This document shows positions 13,819-25,300 of a stretch of DNA of 64,000 nucleotides, in pieces (positions within the stretch are counted from its first letter, which is position 1; each line of letters opens with the position of its first letter). Below the pieces are notes generated by a model. The model saw only the letters and a program-made list of their open reading frames with translations. It was not told the origin of the DNA and searched no databases. Source of the stretch: Klebsormidium nitens (lineage: Eukaryota; Plantae; Klebsormidiophyceae). The stretch covers positions 62,001 to 126,000 of the forward strand of contig DF237117.1 of the NCBI GenBank assembly GCA_000708835.1, read 5' to 3'. Position numbers and translations under genes: made by a program.

Positions 13819-15619
13819 ATGAGCGGAACGAGCGGACTGAGGGGAACGAGAGGAATAAAGCGAGAGCAGATTGTACGTGGACTTCAAGGGAGACTGGGGA
13901 GCGAACCTGAGGGTAGCGGGGCTTGCCAGGAAGCGCTCAGCTAAGACGATGCCGTTAGGTGCCTATCCGAGGAGAGGTGCTTTTCACGGGATGACAAGCG
14001 CATTGCTGGGAGTAGCGGGTTCAAAATGGATGCAGACGCAACGAAGCGTTCCGCATGGCAGATTCCGTTTGCTTAGTTGAAAGGGCCTTAGCACGCGGAC
14101 TGGCGAGTGCTCTTGATCCATGTCGATAGTTCGAAAGCAAGTTGTAAAGAAGCACGGGGACTCCACTTCTAGCAAGGTGGTCGTTATTGGACGAACGAGT
14201 CCGATAAGCACTTCGCAAGCTAGCCTTCTCAGCCGAAATTCAAACTTCATAGGCGAGGCCGGTATGGAATCAGGCAGCAAGTGGCCGGTTTGCGGAAGGT
14301 TCAATTGGACGGTCGGATCCAGAAAGCCCATTATGTAAAGCTTATAATTGTATTTAGCTATAGATAATAGGAGAGTACGACGCCACTAGTGGGTGATTGT
14401 ACGTAAAACCTAGTCATGGGTTGCATCGGGTAAGATTCATAAGGCCCCGATTAGGTACGGTAATCAGATTATGATGTCGTAAGCTGACGATCGATCAGAG
14501 TAGATCCATATTTAAATTGGCCCAAGTAGCTCATCACCTTGATAGTACAGCATGCTGCAGACGTTGATAATAATAATAATCGAGACCATTAGCATACGAT
14601 AAAATTAATACCAGGTCTCAGGTTCAAGCGTATAAGCAGCCGACCTCTAGGATAGTGATTCGTTCAGATCGAACATCTACGTACAGCTATAGCTCAAGCC
14701 TGGTACCGTACGGTACCGTCGTCGAGCGATTGAAGAAAAGCTCCAGAGATGTTTGTTTCTTGCAGATCGCGTTTTACAAGGGAGAACTGCATGCGCATGG
14801 CGGTCACCACATCGCCGCTGCAGCAGATTTTATATTCGATCATAAAATCAAATTCATGAATCATAAATGCAAGTCAGTGTGCCAGCAACAGTGACTATCA
14901 AAGTAAACCGCGCGTACTGCGAGCTTGCCAGACATGCCATATCTGCGGGTAGGATCTCCGGTTGGCCCCGGTCGCCACAGCATGTGCGCAGATCATAACG
15001 ATCCTGGATATATTGAAATTAACCGCGCTCGATTGATATATACGCACATGCATGCATTCAATCAATATCGTAGTTCAATAAGAACTTTCTGGTATAGATC
15101 GAGGTATTTCAATCCTGAAGTGGGCCGGAACGTCAGTTCATTTGCACTGTCTGACTCGAGAGGCTTCCGGCCATACATTCTTGTCGGACCCGCGTACACC
15201 GATAAAATCTGTCGATGTTGATCCACTGTTGATCGTAGCATCACGCATATGCCAACATGGAAATCATATCATTGGACTCCACGATGCATGTCTCGTTATC
15301 CTTCTGCATTGTGCGATAGCTGAAGCTGCTTATTGATGCAAACGAACATGGTACACATATGACTTTGCTGAAATTGTTACCCTTTTCTTTCTGGAAGAAG
15401 CAAGCGCAGGGTGAAAGTGATTCAGTATGGGATCCAAACCGATAACATACAGTCACTGCCATCAAAATTGCCGCAAGTTTTCTACGTGTTCAGAACTCAA
15501 CCAACTACAATACAAGACCAGACACGCCTTTCAGGCAGCGCCTTATTTTTCAACCGCCAGTCTTGGTTGCTACAACCAACACTAGCCAGGCGGCCGTTCA
15601 ACCAACGGCTGGAAACGAC

Positions 15620-18600
15620 CTAACTCTCAACATAATGGTCAGTGGCTCTTGCGCCCCTACATTCGGACGCAGTTTCTCGGTGCCCTGCATCCAAAACTTG
15701 ATCTCGTTCAGCCCTGGCGCTTTGCACCGCACCGGGGGCCGCCGCCGTCCCCTCAACGCCCACCTTTCCTATTCCGCCCTTTATTCGTACAACCCCCCTT
15801 TTGCACCGCACTTTGTACACGTTGTAGTAATAACTCACGAGCTCCTTCAGCGGCCTTCCCGGCAGGCTCTCCCGGATCGCTTGGAAAAACCCCTCCCCAA
15901 AGAAATCCTCGCTCACGTCCTTCCCCCGCCTGATGGAGCTTGCCGCCGCCACAAACCGCTGCTCCTCTCCGCGGGACCATTTCCCGGCGACCCGTTCTCC
16001 CATCTCCGCCAGCCCGAGGTCGCCCCCCGCGTCACCGAGCGCGGCCTCTAGCGCGGACCGGGCGTCCGAAACGGGCTGCTTCCGGACAGCCGCACTGTCC
16101 GTCTGGCTGCTCGTTCGCCGCAAAACCGGCCGGGTTAACCGTGGGTCAGAAACCAGGTCCGGTTTGGCAACCGGCTCTTCCTTAATGGAAGCTGGTTCTT
16201 GGAGGGGGCGCCACACCGGCCAGCCGATCCACGTCGCCTCTGACGTCAGCATGACGTCACCTAGAGGCGTCGCAAGAGGACCACTCGGATGCCGCGTCGT
16301 TTGAGTCGCCGGTTTGGCGACGATACGTGGGCGCCACTCGGGAACTGACGCCTGGTACCTAGCCCCAATCCTGGGCTGCAAGTACTCCAACTCTTCCTCT
16401 ACTAGCTTTTTCCGGGTCCGCCGCCCTTCCTCGGCAACACTTCCTAACCGCACCACTAACCAACTCTCCCGGTGCCGTTGCAGCTGCTCCTGGAGGACGG
16501 TTAGCGTCGCGGTTAGCTGCGGCGAAACCGGGTCAGCGAAGGTGACCAGCGGCCGGTAGCCCCGCGGCCGTCGCAGGGGGTGGCCGGTCGCAACTTCTCG
16601 CCGCCGCTTCACTTCGGGGGTTTCGGGGCCCTGCCGGAACCCTGGGTCTTCGACCCCCCCGAACTGGGTCGCGCACAGCAATCCTGCCTTGCGCTTCTGG
16701 CCGCTCAGGCTGTGCATCCACTTGCTGGGCGACAGCGTCAAGTTTCGGGGGGAAGGATTCATCATCCGGGGGGAGAGGTGCATCTTCCGGGGGGATGGAT
16801 TTAGAATGAGTTTCAGGCGCTGGGGGGACAGCGTCTTGGGCTTGGCGGGCATCGGTTCAGACCTCTCCTCACCCCCCGGAATGGTCAAAGCTTTGCGCCG
16901 GTTTTCGCCGAGCCAGTGCTCCAGTTCGCTCGCGTCCTGTGGGCCCAAACCGTCCAGTCCGTGAAGGCTGACCGTAAGCGCTCGTAAGCCCCCAAACCCC
17001 CGGAAGGAGCTTTCGTCCCCAGGGAATCCTACCGGGCCCCCCTCTGCCACCTCTTTTCTCCAGTCGAAGACTCCCACCGCCTGCGCCGGATCGTCTTCCA
17101 GAAGGTTTGCGCCTCCGTCGTGGTCCCTAGCGGTTGGTACCGCTTCGCCCCCAGTTGGTACCGCCAATGGCTCCGCGTAGCGATGCCCACGCGCCCCTGC
17201 CACGTCAGCACTCCCGCTGACCTCAGAAACGCTCCCGCTGCCATACACCCCCGACTTCCGCACAGCAAGCGGCTCGCCGAAGCTTACCCCTCCAAAGATC
17301 TCGGACTCTGTCAGGCTCCGCTTTGCTCCGGCGGAACGAACTGAGGGGATGGCGTCGGTCAACAGACTGCCCTCGATGCTCGTCTCAGGGCCCAAGTCAA
17401 TGGTCACCCCCTCGCCTTTGGAAAGCGCCCCCGCCTCCAGCCCTTCTCGCAACCCTTTGGAAGCGTCCGCGCTCGTTCCCGCCAGACTCTCACGGGCCCC
17501 GTAGAAGCCTTGGGGGGCTTTCTCGTACCCCCCCCAACCCTCACCCTTCACCCTTTCGGAACCCACCTTCATCTTGCCCGACACCTCCTCTACCCCCCCA
17601 AAGCCCGCCTGGAATCCTCCAAAACTGTCTCGAAGCCCTCCCGAACTCTCCGGGCATCCACCGTACCCCTCCTTAGACCCGCCCGTAACCTCCTCCACTT
17701 TCAGGCTGCACGCTGAACTCGTCGCGTCCGTTTCCATGCACTCTTTACTCTCTGCGTGCTGGCCCAAGCTTCCCTCGCTGACCGCCCTCAGGCTCGGCAG
17801 CGTCGTCCTGACGTCATCCCCCCCCCCAGAGTGTTGCTCCCGCTCATCCTCGCCTCCAAAATGCCTCTCTCGCTCTCCCCCTCCTTGAGACACCGGCTCC
17901 CGCTCATCCCCCCTCCCGACATCCCTGTTGCTCTCCTTTAATCGGCCCCCGCCCCGCTCAGAAGTACAGGTGCTGCTGGAGCGCGTTTTCTGGGGGCCTT
18001 GTGGGGGGAGCGACGTCGCTTTGAGAGCTTGGGACGGGGGCGACAGGTCGCCCAACAGGGCCTCGAGGTCGAGGAGGTACTTGGCGTGCAGGAGTTTCAG
18101 GCAGGGGCCCGCCTCTAGTTTGAGGCCCATCTGAGCGGCGACCACGTTCCATTCCCGCCGCTTTGACACCTGGCAGCAAATGGAGACGGGGTTTTAGCAA
18201 CCAATCGGTGGTCATGCAAGTTTATATTATGGGAAATGGTGGTGTTTCCAAAAAGCGTGGTGTTGCTTGTAGCTCCCAAAGCGAGAGGACGCTGTATTAC
18301 TGACCAGGATCGTGAAAGTGTTTCCCTGGCGCTGAAGAAGAACAAGCCCAATAAATGCATCTAGTATCTCCTTTCAGGAACCAACATAAGAGAACTGAAG
18401 AAGCAAGGACAAGAAGAAAGCTACGATCCTCAACAATCGCTTTCAAGGCCGACCTTTACCCACAGTCCCTCAAGGATAGATTGATCCTGTTGTGATTTCC
18501 TCCCCTTCAGATCAAACCTTGGTCCAGCAGAAAGGCGTTCAAACTTCAGAGGATAGGATTGGCAATCTTCCTCTGTTGTTGCAGGAAGGCTTCAAGAAGA

Positions 18601-21250
18601 GTTTCTCCTGATTCTTTTAGGGATTCGAAAAGGCATTTGCAAGCAGTCAATTTCTTCACCCAAGAAAACCGCCAGCACAGGTGGAAATTTTCCATGCAGG
18701 GGTGGTCTATTCCAACTCATTATTGTCCAAACACCCCACACAGTAGTTCAAGGGACTCAAAACCTTGGCACAAACAGGTGACCAACGAGAAGGAAGAACA
18801 GCTCACTCACCTCGTTGTATCCCCCGTTGCATGCCACATGCTGATACAGCGACAGCAGGTTCACCGTCTGTCCGTCCACCATCGCCGGCAGTGGCCTAAT
18901 CTCCCCATCCAGTGCAAACAGCGTGCTCAGCCCCTCCTCAAACTCCGCCTCCTCTAGTTCCTCCTTGGTCAGGTTCCTCTCCTCCAACACTGGCTCTTTC
19001 TTCTGCCGCACTGGCCGCGGTTTCCCCCCCTTCTCTCGTTTGCTCTCGCCAGCACTGGGGTCCCCCCCCTTTCTGGGGGGCTTGGGATCGGGCGCGCGTC
19101 GCTCCTCGTAGACCGGGAGGGGGTCGTTGGAGTTGCTGCTGATGCGCTCGAGGCGGTAGGCCATCACTTGGCTGACGGGGTGGATGCTGCGGCGCACGAT
19201 CATGCCGTCCCCTACCCTGCGGTTCTCCACACACCTGTGGGGAAGAAGGATTGGCGACGTCAGGAACTGTTCTTCTCCACTGACAATCTTTGAAAACGTT
19301 TTTGACTAAGTCTTGCAGAACGTTGACAGTGTCTTGACTAAATCTGAAACCCTTTAGCACACCTCTGGTCAAGAAGGAAAGTTCCTCAAAGATTAGAACA
19401 GTTTCTCATAAAGTCTTCTACTCCCACTCTGCAGGCTCTCGGTACCTGTTGTAAAATAGGGTGGCTGCCCCGGGATAGTAACACCTAGGATTTTAGAGCT
19501 TTGCTACTCATCTGGAGTTTTCAACTTACATCACATCTGGCAAAGAAAGAAGCCCAGTTAGAGGTGCAGGCTACATAGTTCGGCCAACATTGTCAAGCTT
19601 TCTCCCCTGTCTGCTGTTGTATACAAACCTTTCAGCAGACACAAGTGATTGCTCAAGAAATAAACTTACCAGGTAAGCTCCTTAAGCAATCTGTCCAAGC
19701 TCAAAAGGTCTTTGAATTTTAGGACTACAGCAACAACACTCTTCAAGGCCTAGGAATTTACTTTGTGCAAGTAGAGTGCACAAGACTGGCAAGCACACGA
19801 TTGGCGTCTGGAATGCAACTCAAAAGCCAACCTTGGAATTCAGAGAGGGAAAATGCAATGGAATAGGTCAGAAGCGCGGACGCCTGAACTTCAGCTTGGA
19901 GCAAGGAGGGTTTGTTTCGTCTCTGGTGCCCCTTCTGGCTGAAGAAGAGTTAGTCCTTCAACAATCTCAAAAGAACCTTGTCGCCTTGCTTGTTTGTCTC
20001 AATTGCAACAAGGCTTCTAATGAGCGTTGTGCTTTAAAACCCACACAATTGACTGGTACCTCCAGTCAATGTGTGGAATTTCCAGAAATGTTTTTCTGGT
20101 TCACAAGCTAGAAAATTCCACCTCTGAGCAACAGAACAACAAACATTTTTGGATCATTGCAGGGTTTGAGGTGGTGATTGAAAGGTAGGACGCCTGTGCA
20201 GATTGGCTAAGAGCACCTTGTATAAATGTGATACTCTTCAAAGAGAGTTGACTGTTTATTTTGTCAATTAGCTCTCGCTGTCCGTGATTTTACCCCCTTC
20301 GAGAACAGGGTTGTCATGTTCACTAGGCTAGTAAATTGTCCAACATGCATGTCGTAATGGTCACAGAATCAGTAACTGGTAAAAATGGGTTTTGAAAGAC
20401 TGACATATCCTTTGGAATTCAAATTTCCCAGTTTGCAAATGTCACATTTCAAAATCACCTTCATTCCCAGGCAACATGACAAGAGAGCACGTAAAGGAGC
20501 ACTACATGCAGACATAATGTAACCTGACTTACTGACTGACTGCAAGTCATCCAGGACAGCACACAGCACAACGCAATTGGCCTTGATGATTGACTGAAAA
20601 AAAATCAGAGATAGATTTTATGCAAGATAGAGTCTGGTCATTTCTGAGGGCAAGGAAAAGCCCTGTATCTCTATATTACCGCCAGTATTTACCATCTTCA
20701 ACCCCTTCCCTAAGGTAAAAAGGAGCCCTTGGACTCCCAGACTCAACCCCCCCTTAACAATGCAAGACGTGTTCGGTCCTTGGAAAACCTCTAGGTTTAC
20801 CAACTCAAAACCAGACATTATTTCATTCCATTTTTCCACAATTCCAAGAAACAGACAGAAACCCCATACTATGGAAATCAACGACTTAAGGGAACCACCT
20901 CACCTCAAAGAGAAATTGAGCAACCCCGTATCTCCTACAGAGCTTCGTGACCGCTGCTTCAAGGTGACTCGTGACACCCAAGTCCCCTCCGGCTCCTTCA
21001 TCAGGTTCTCAATGATTGCTTCCATGCCTGCTTCGATCCGCCGCTCAGAGTACCTGCTATGCTTGATGCTGATGCTCTCACTGTTTGCCTCCTTCTGAAT
21101 TGGCCAAAAAGGTTTCACAAGCTTCGTCACCCTGCCGATCCTAGAACCAGCCCCCCCATGGCCCCTACCAGAAAAGGTAATGATTTCCTCCATGTTTGCA
21201 ACCTTGTCAAGTGTGCAGTTTTTCATGCAATGAGACCTTTTCTTTGTCAT
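15620..21250 (-). CDS. Chromatin protein with MMD1/DYAD(SWI1)-like winged-helix, ARID, ELM2 and SANT/Myb-like domains, ~1100 aa, 3 exons
   Basis: Exons 21250(or 21193)-20904, 19234-18811, 18169-15620 join in phase. Motifs: RYSERRIEAGMEAI..WVSRVTLKQRSRSSVGDTGLLNFSLRCVENRRVGDGMIVRR (MMD1/DYAD-like GDTGLLD motif); VDGQTVNLLSLYQHVACNGGYNEVSKRREWNVVA (ARID); PRIGARYQASVPEW (ELM2); KWSRGEEQRF..LKELVSYYYNVY (SANT). The start codon is uncertain. Confidence 0.75.
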
Positions 21251-22383
21251 GCAGGCAATAATTCTTCACGTTTTATACCCTTGAACTGCCACTGCTTGCT
21301 TCTCCTCCATTTTCTATCCCTTCTGATGGCCTCGTTGCTCAGAGCTCCAACTCGCAAGCGACAAAACACAGCCAAGATGGAGCAACATCTGAACATGTCG
21401 TCCAATTCTGCAAGGGGCTAGAATTGCCTCTAAGAACTCCTACCTAACGAGCTCAACGCCCCCCAAACAAATTACCAGCTTTTACCAAGCTTCAAAGGCA
21501 ATCTTAGTGCGTCCTAAGCAGGAGGGAAGCGGGTAATGGCCGCCCTTTTGTAGCGCTCCTCGCTGCTGGCTCCTCCTCTTTCCTCTGAGCACGCCTTTTC
21601 AAATCCAAATTTGAGCAGGGAACCGCTAGAAATCGAATCCATCTGCTCCGAACCGCGCTGACGTCGTCCAAGTGCCATAAGCCCTCAGATTCCGGACCAT
21701 GTGAGCCGTTCAGATTCGCCGCAGAATGTAACCGTCGCCAATTGACGGCGGAGATTGCATCTCACTTCTGACGATTCAAACCTCGACGGCCACGAAACGA
21801 GCGGGAAGAGATTCCGCAACAGCTTATGCGCGTGGGAAGTCTTGGTACCGCGAGCGGTACCGTACCGCATTTGTCCAACTGGAGTTCGGACGTTTGGACT
21901 GGTCGTATTGGGCGAAGACCATGCCCGACTCAGAAACTTTGCGAACAAGGACCAGCCTCAGGCTGCAAAACTGGCGAGCCCGTCCAACTTCAACTTCAAG
22001 TTCCCGGCTTTCTGCAGCTAGCTCAGCTTGAGCACCGACTCCGAGTACTCTGAGTCTGAGTCTGAGTCTGAGCAGGGCTTCTCTTGGAATCAGATGCAGA
22101 GCGCTAGGAGCTAGGTAGATGATGCAGAGGGGCACTTGCGGAAGACGACGTGTTCGTGAAGACTGGCAGAAAGGAAAGGAATGGAGGCAGGGCGCGAGAC
22201 GGCCAATACAGGAAAATTGAAGTTGCTTTGCTGATTGTGGAATCCCTGATCAAGCAAACATCATAGCTGAATGAGCGGGTACATGAGCGGACAACACTCA
22301 CAGCCACGCAGCTGTGTGTATCATCGGGCAGTTCAGGAGTTTGAGTAGTAGCTTCTGGCCTATGCGAGCCAGGGATCGCTAGA
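21251..22383. promoter_or_regulatory. Probable bidirectional promoter region between the WH-ARID gene and APC8
   Basis: Divergent genes about 1.1 kb apart. Contains a (GAGTCT)n run at ~22052-22075 and the imperfect palindrome GGTACCGCGAGCGGTACC at ~21844. Confidence 0.35.
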
Positions 22384-25300
22384 ATGGCGGCGGATGAGAT
22401 GCAGAAGCGAGCAGAACTAAGACGGGCGATTGGCGAACTGAGCGAAAGGGGCCTTGTGCAAGCCGCAAAATGGTGAGTGGGGCTCCTGGGCATGCTTCAA
22501 ATATAGCTTGTATCGTCAATGCACAGATGCGCTGATTGTCCGCTGTACCAATTGGGCCAATTGAAGGTCTGAGTTGCTGTAGCTCTTTTTGGTGGCATCA
22601 TTGAGAGATATGAGGAGTTCGACCCGCACCACCCTTCACTACTGCCTGGGCAGATGGGAGAAGAAGGATACTTTACGCTTTGATCACAGTACCCCTTGCA
22701 AGGGCTTCAATCTGCAGCGTGAGCGATGGAAAAAAATCGCTGGAAAAACGATCCCCCCTCCAGAAGACTGATATGTTTTCAAGCAGGAGCAGCATTGGGG
22801 AAGCATCTGAGTTTACTGCTTAAAATTGAAGGATAGTCGAAACAACTTTCATGGAAAAGTTTTCGAAAGTCCCCTGCTCTGTGAAAGTCCCCCTGCTTCT
22901 CCCACTGCCTCTCCATTTCTTACAACGGTAGAAGGAATGTCAGCCCTCCTTCAGAACTGGGGTTAATTTTCCTCAACACAATGCCTTTTATAAACACGCA
23001 TTATGATTTAAAACATCATGAGCGCTCTCCCATCAAACGACTTATCTGCCCGTCTTCGGAACCCATCCACATAACCTGACAGCGCTGTGTGGTTCCGAAA
23101 ACCACCGCCGAAGCTCACAATAAACTCCTTAAGGAGTCATCGTTAAAAGGTTTCACCACCTTTTGTAAACCGGGGCTGCCGAGCAACTTCCAAAAACCAC
23201 CGCCGAAGCTCACAAAAACTCCTTCAGGAGTCACCAATCAAAGTTGTTTCACCACCTTTTCTAACCCAGGGCTGCCGAGCAACTACCAAAGACCATCGCC
23301 GAAGCTCACAATAAACTCCTCCTGGAATCACCGTTAGAACTTTTCACCACCTTTTCTAACCCAGGGCTGCCGAGCAACTTCCAAAAACCACCGCCGAAGC
23401 TCACAATGAACTCCTTCAGGAGTCTCCTATCAAACTGAAAAGACAAGTACCACTGTGATTAGCAATGATGGAGGTAAATACTGTGGCTATAGCAATAGAG
23501 GACTAAGCGTATTTGACCACCTCTTCTGACCCAGGGCTGCCGAGCAACTGGTCGGCCTCTCGGACGCGGACGGCCCCTCCACGTCCGGTGGCGTGTCCGC
23601 AACTCCCTCCGTAACCACACGGAAGTCCCGCAAGAAAGAGCCCTCTGCTCTCAAAGGTTGCCTGTCGCTAGAAGAATCAGAGCAGACGAAATCGGAAGAG
23701 GACGTGCTTTTGCTGGGGAAAGTGCTGTTCGACTCGAAGGAGTACAGGCGAGCGGCGCATGCGTTGCGGGAGTGCACGAGCAAACGGGGGACGTTTCTGC
23801 GGTGTTACGCAACATACTTGGTGAGTTCTTTTTGTTGGATACATGAAGTTCTTTCAATTAGTTCACGTTTTCTTTCTTTGAGAGGAAAAACTCGAATGAA
23901 GGACTTCAGATTCGTCGATCCGCTTGTTAAAAGCGCTTTCATTAAACGCGTCAGACATCGAGTTTCAGACTTGATTCGCAACCGAACGGGAGCACTCCTA
24001 ACTTTCCAGAACCCTGGCAGACATAATGGAAAGTTGGATGCAAATAGATGAACTTTAGTGGTACCCTTGTTCTGGCATTTTCGTCTGTGTGTCAGATGCG
24101 GCTAAGCATGCCACCCTCTTGTTGTTTATGAGTGCGTTTTGGAAGTCAAAATGAACGAACGGTCGTCCGCAGGGCCTTGCTGTAATCTAGAAAGCTCCTG
24201 TTGATGTACCTGAGCATCTGAAGTACCTACGTCTACTGACCAAGCGACTTACATCCGAAGTAGAGCCCATGCCTAGAAGTTCAGTGCTTTGACCTCAAGC
24301 CCCTGCAGGGCTACTGGACACCGGTTGCAGGCGGGTAAGAAGCAACCAGGGCAAGGCATTGTGGTAATAGGAGGCCTGGAGAGACGGGTGCCATCCAAAC
24401 AAAGTCTGGATCGATCGTTTTGAGTCTGCTGGGCGCACGTGTCCGTTCCATAGCCTTGACACCATTCTGCAGGTTGCAGAGAGGCAACATGAGCGATATG
24501 TGGAGGCGACCGGTCGGCTGGAGAAACTGTGAAGTCGTCATCCAGACTTTCGGGTGTCAACTTTGCTCGAAAACTTAAGGCTTCTGATTCCGACACCATC
24601 TCGCAGGCTGGCGAGAAGCGGAAAGAGGAGGAGATCGTGGAGGTCGCAGGTCCGAAGAACGATGTTGTATATTGACTAAAAACCTTTTGAGTGTCATTGT
24701 TACTACCGGAATATGAGCCTCCTGAGGTTTGACACTATCTCGCAGGCTGGCGAGAAGCGGAAAGAGGAGGAGATCGTGGAGGTGGCGGGTCCGCTGGGGA
24801 AGAGTGACGTCATCAACCAAGACCTGGAGAGCCTCGAGGCGGAGCTGGGGGGGCGCTACTTGCAAGGGCAACTCGATGCTTTTTCCACGTACTTGTGAGT
24901 CTGGATATATACTTCACCTGAAAGACTTCAAAAGACTTCGAAAGACTTCGACAGATACATTTATCTGAGTGTGTGCCACTTCTCGACTTTACCGGCGACT
25001 CCCGTTTTTTGCATTTTCATTCAGACCTGAGCATAATATTAGAGACAAAACTAAGCTGCACGGAATCTACTCGCAGCTCAAAAGCTCGATCGTGTTGTCA
25101 CTCATAGTCTGAACCCCATAACTCTGATCTCTTGCTCCTTTCTTTCTGCCTTTTATCCTGGAAGACGAATGGAAGAAAGTCTGATTCTCCAGTCTATCCT
25201 TGCAGATACGGCGTCGTTTTGCATCAGCGGGAAAAAAAGGCGGAGGCACGGAAGGCCCTCGCCATCAGTGTGAATGCGTACCCCTGGAACTGGAGCGCCT

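Noticed and set aside
15649-18134. Numerous plus-strand ORFs over the ARID exon
   Set aside because: Antisense shadows of a GC-rich coding exon. The same applies to plus-strand ORFs over ALDH1L and minus-strand ORFs over APC8 and CFAP43.
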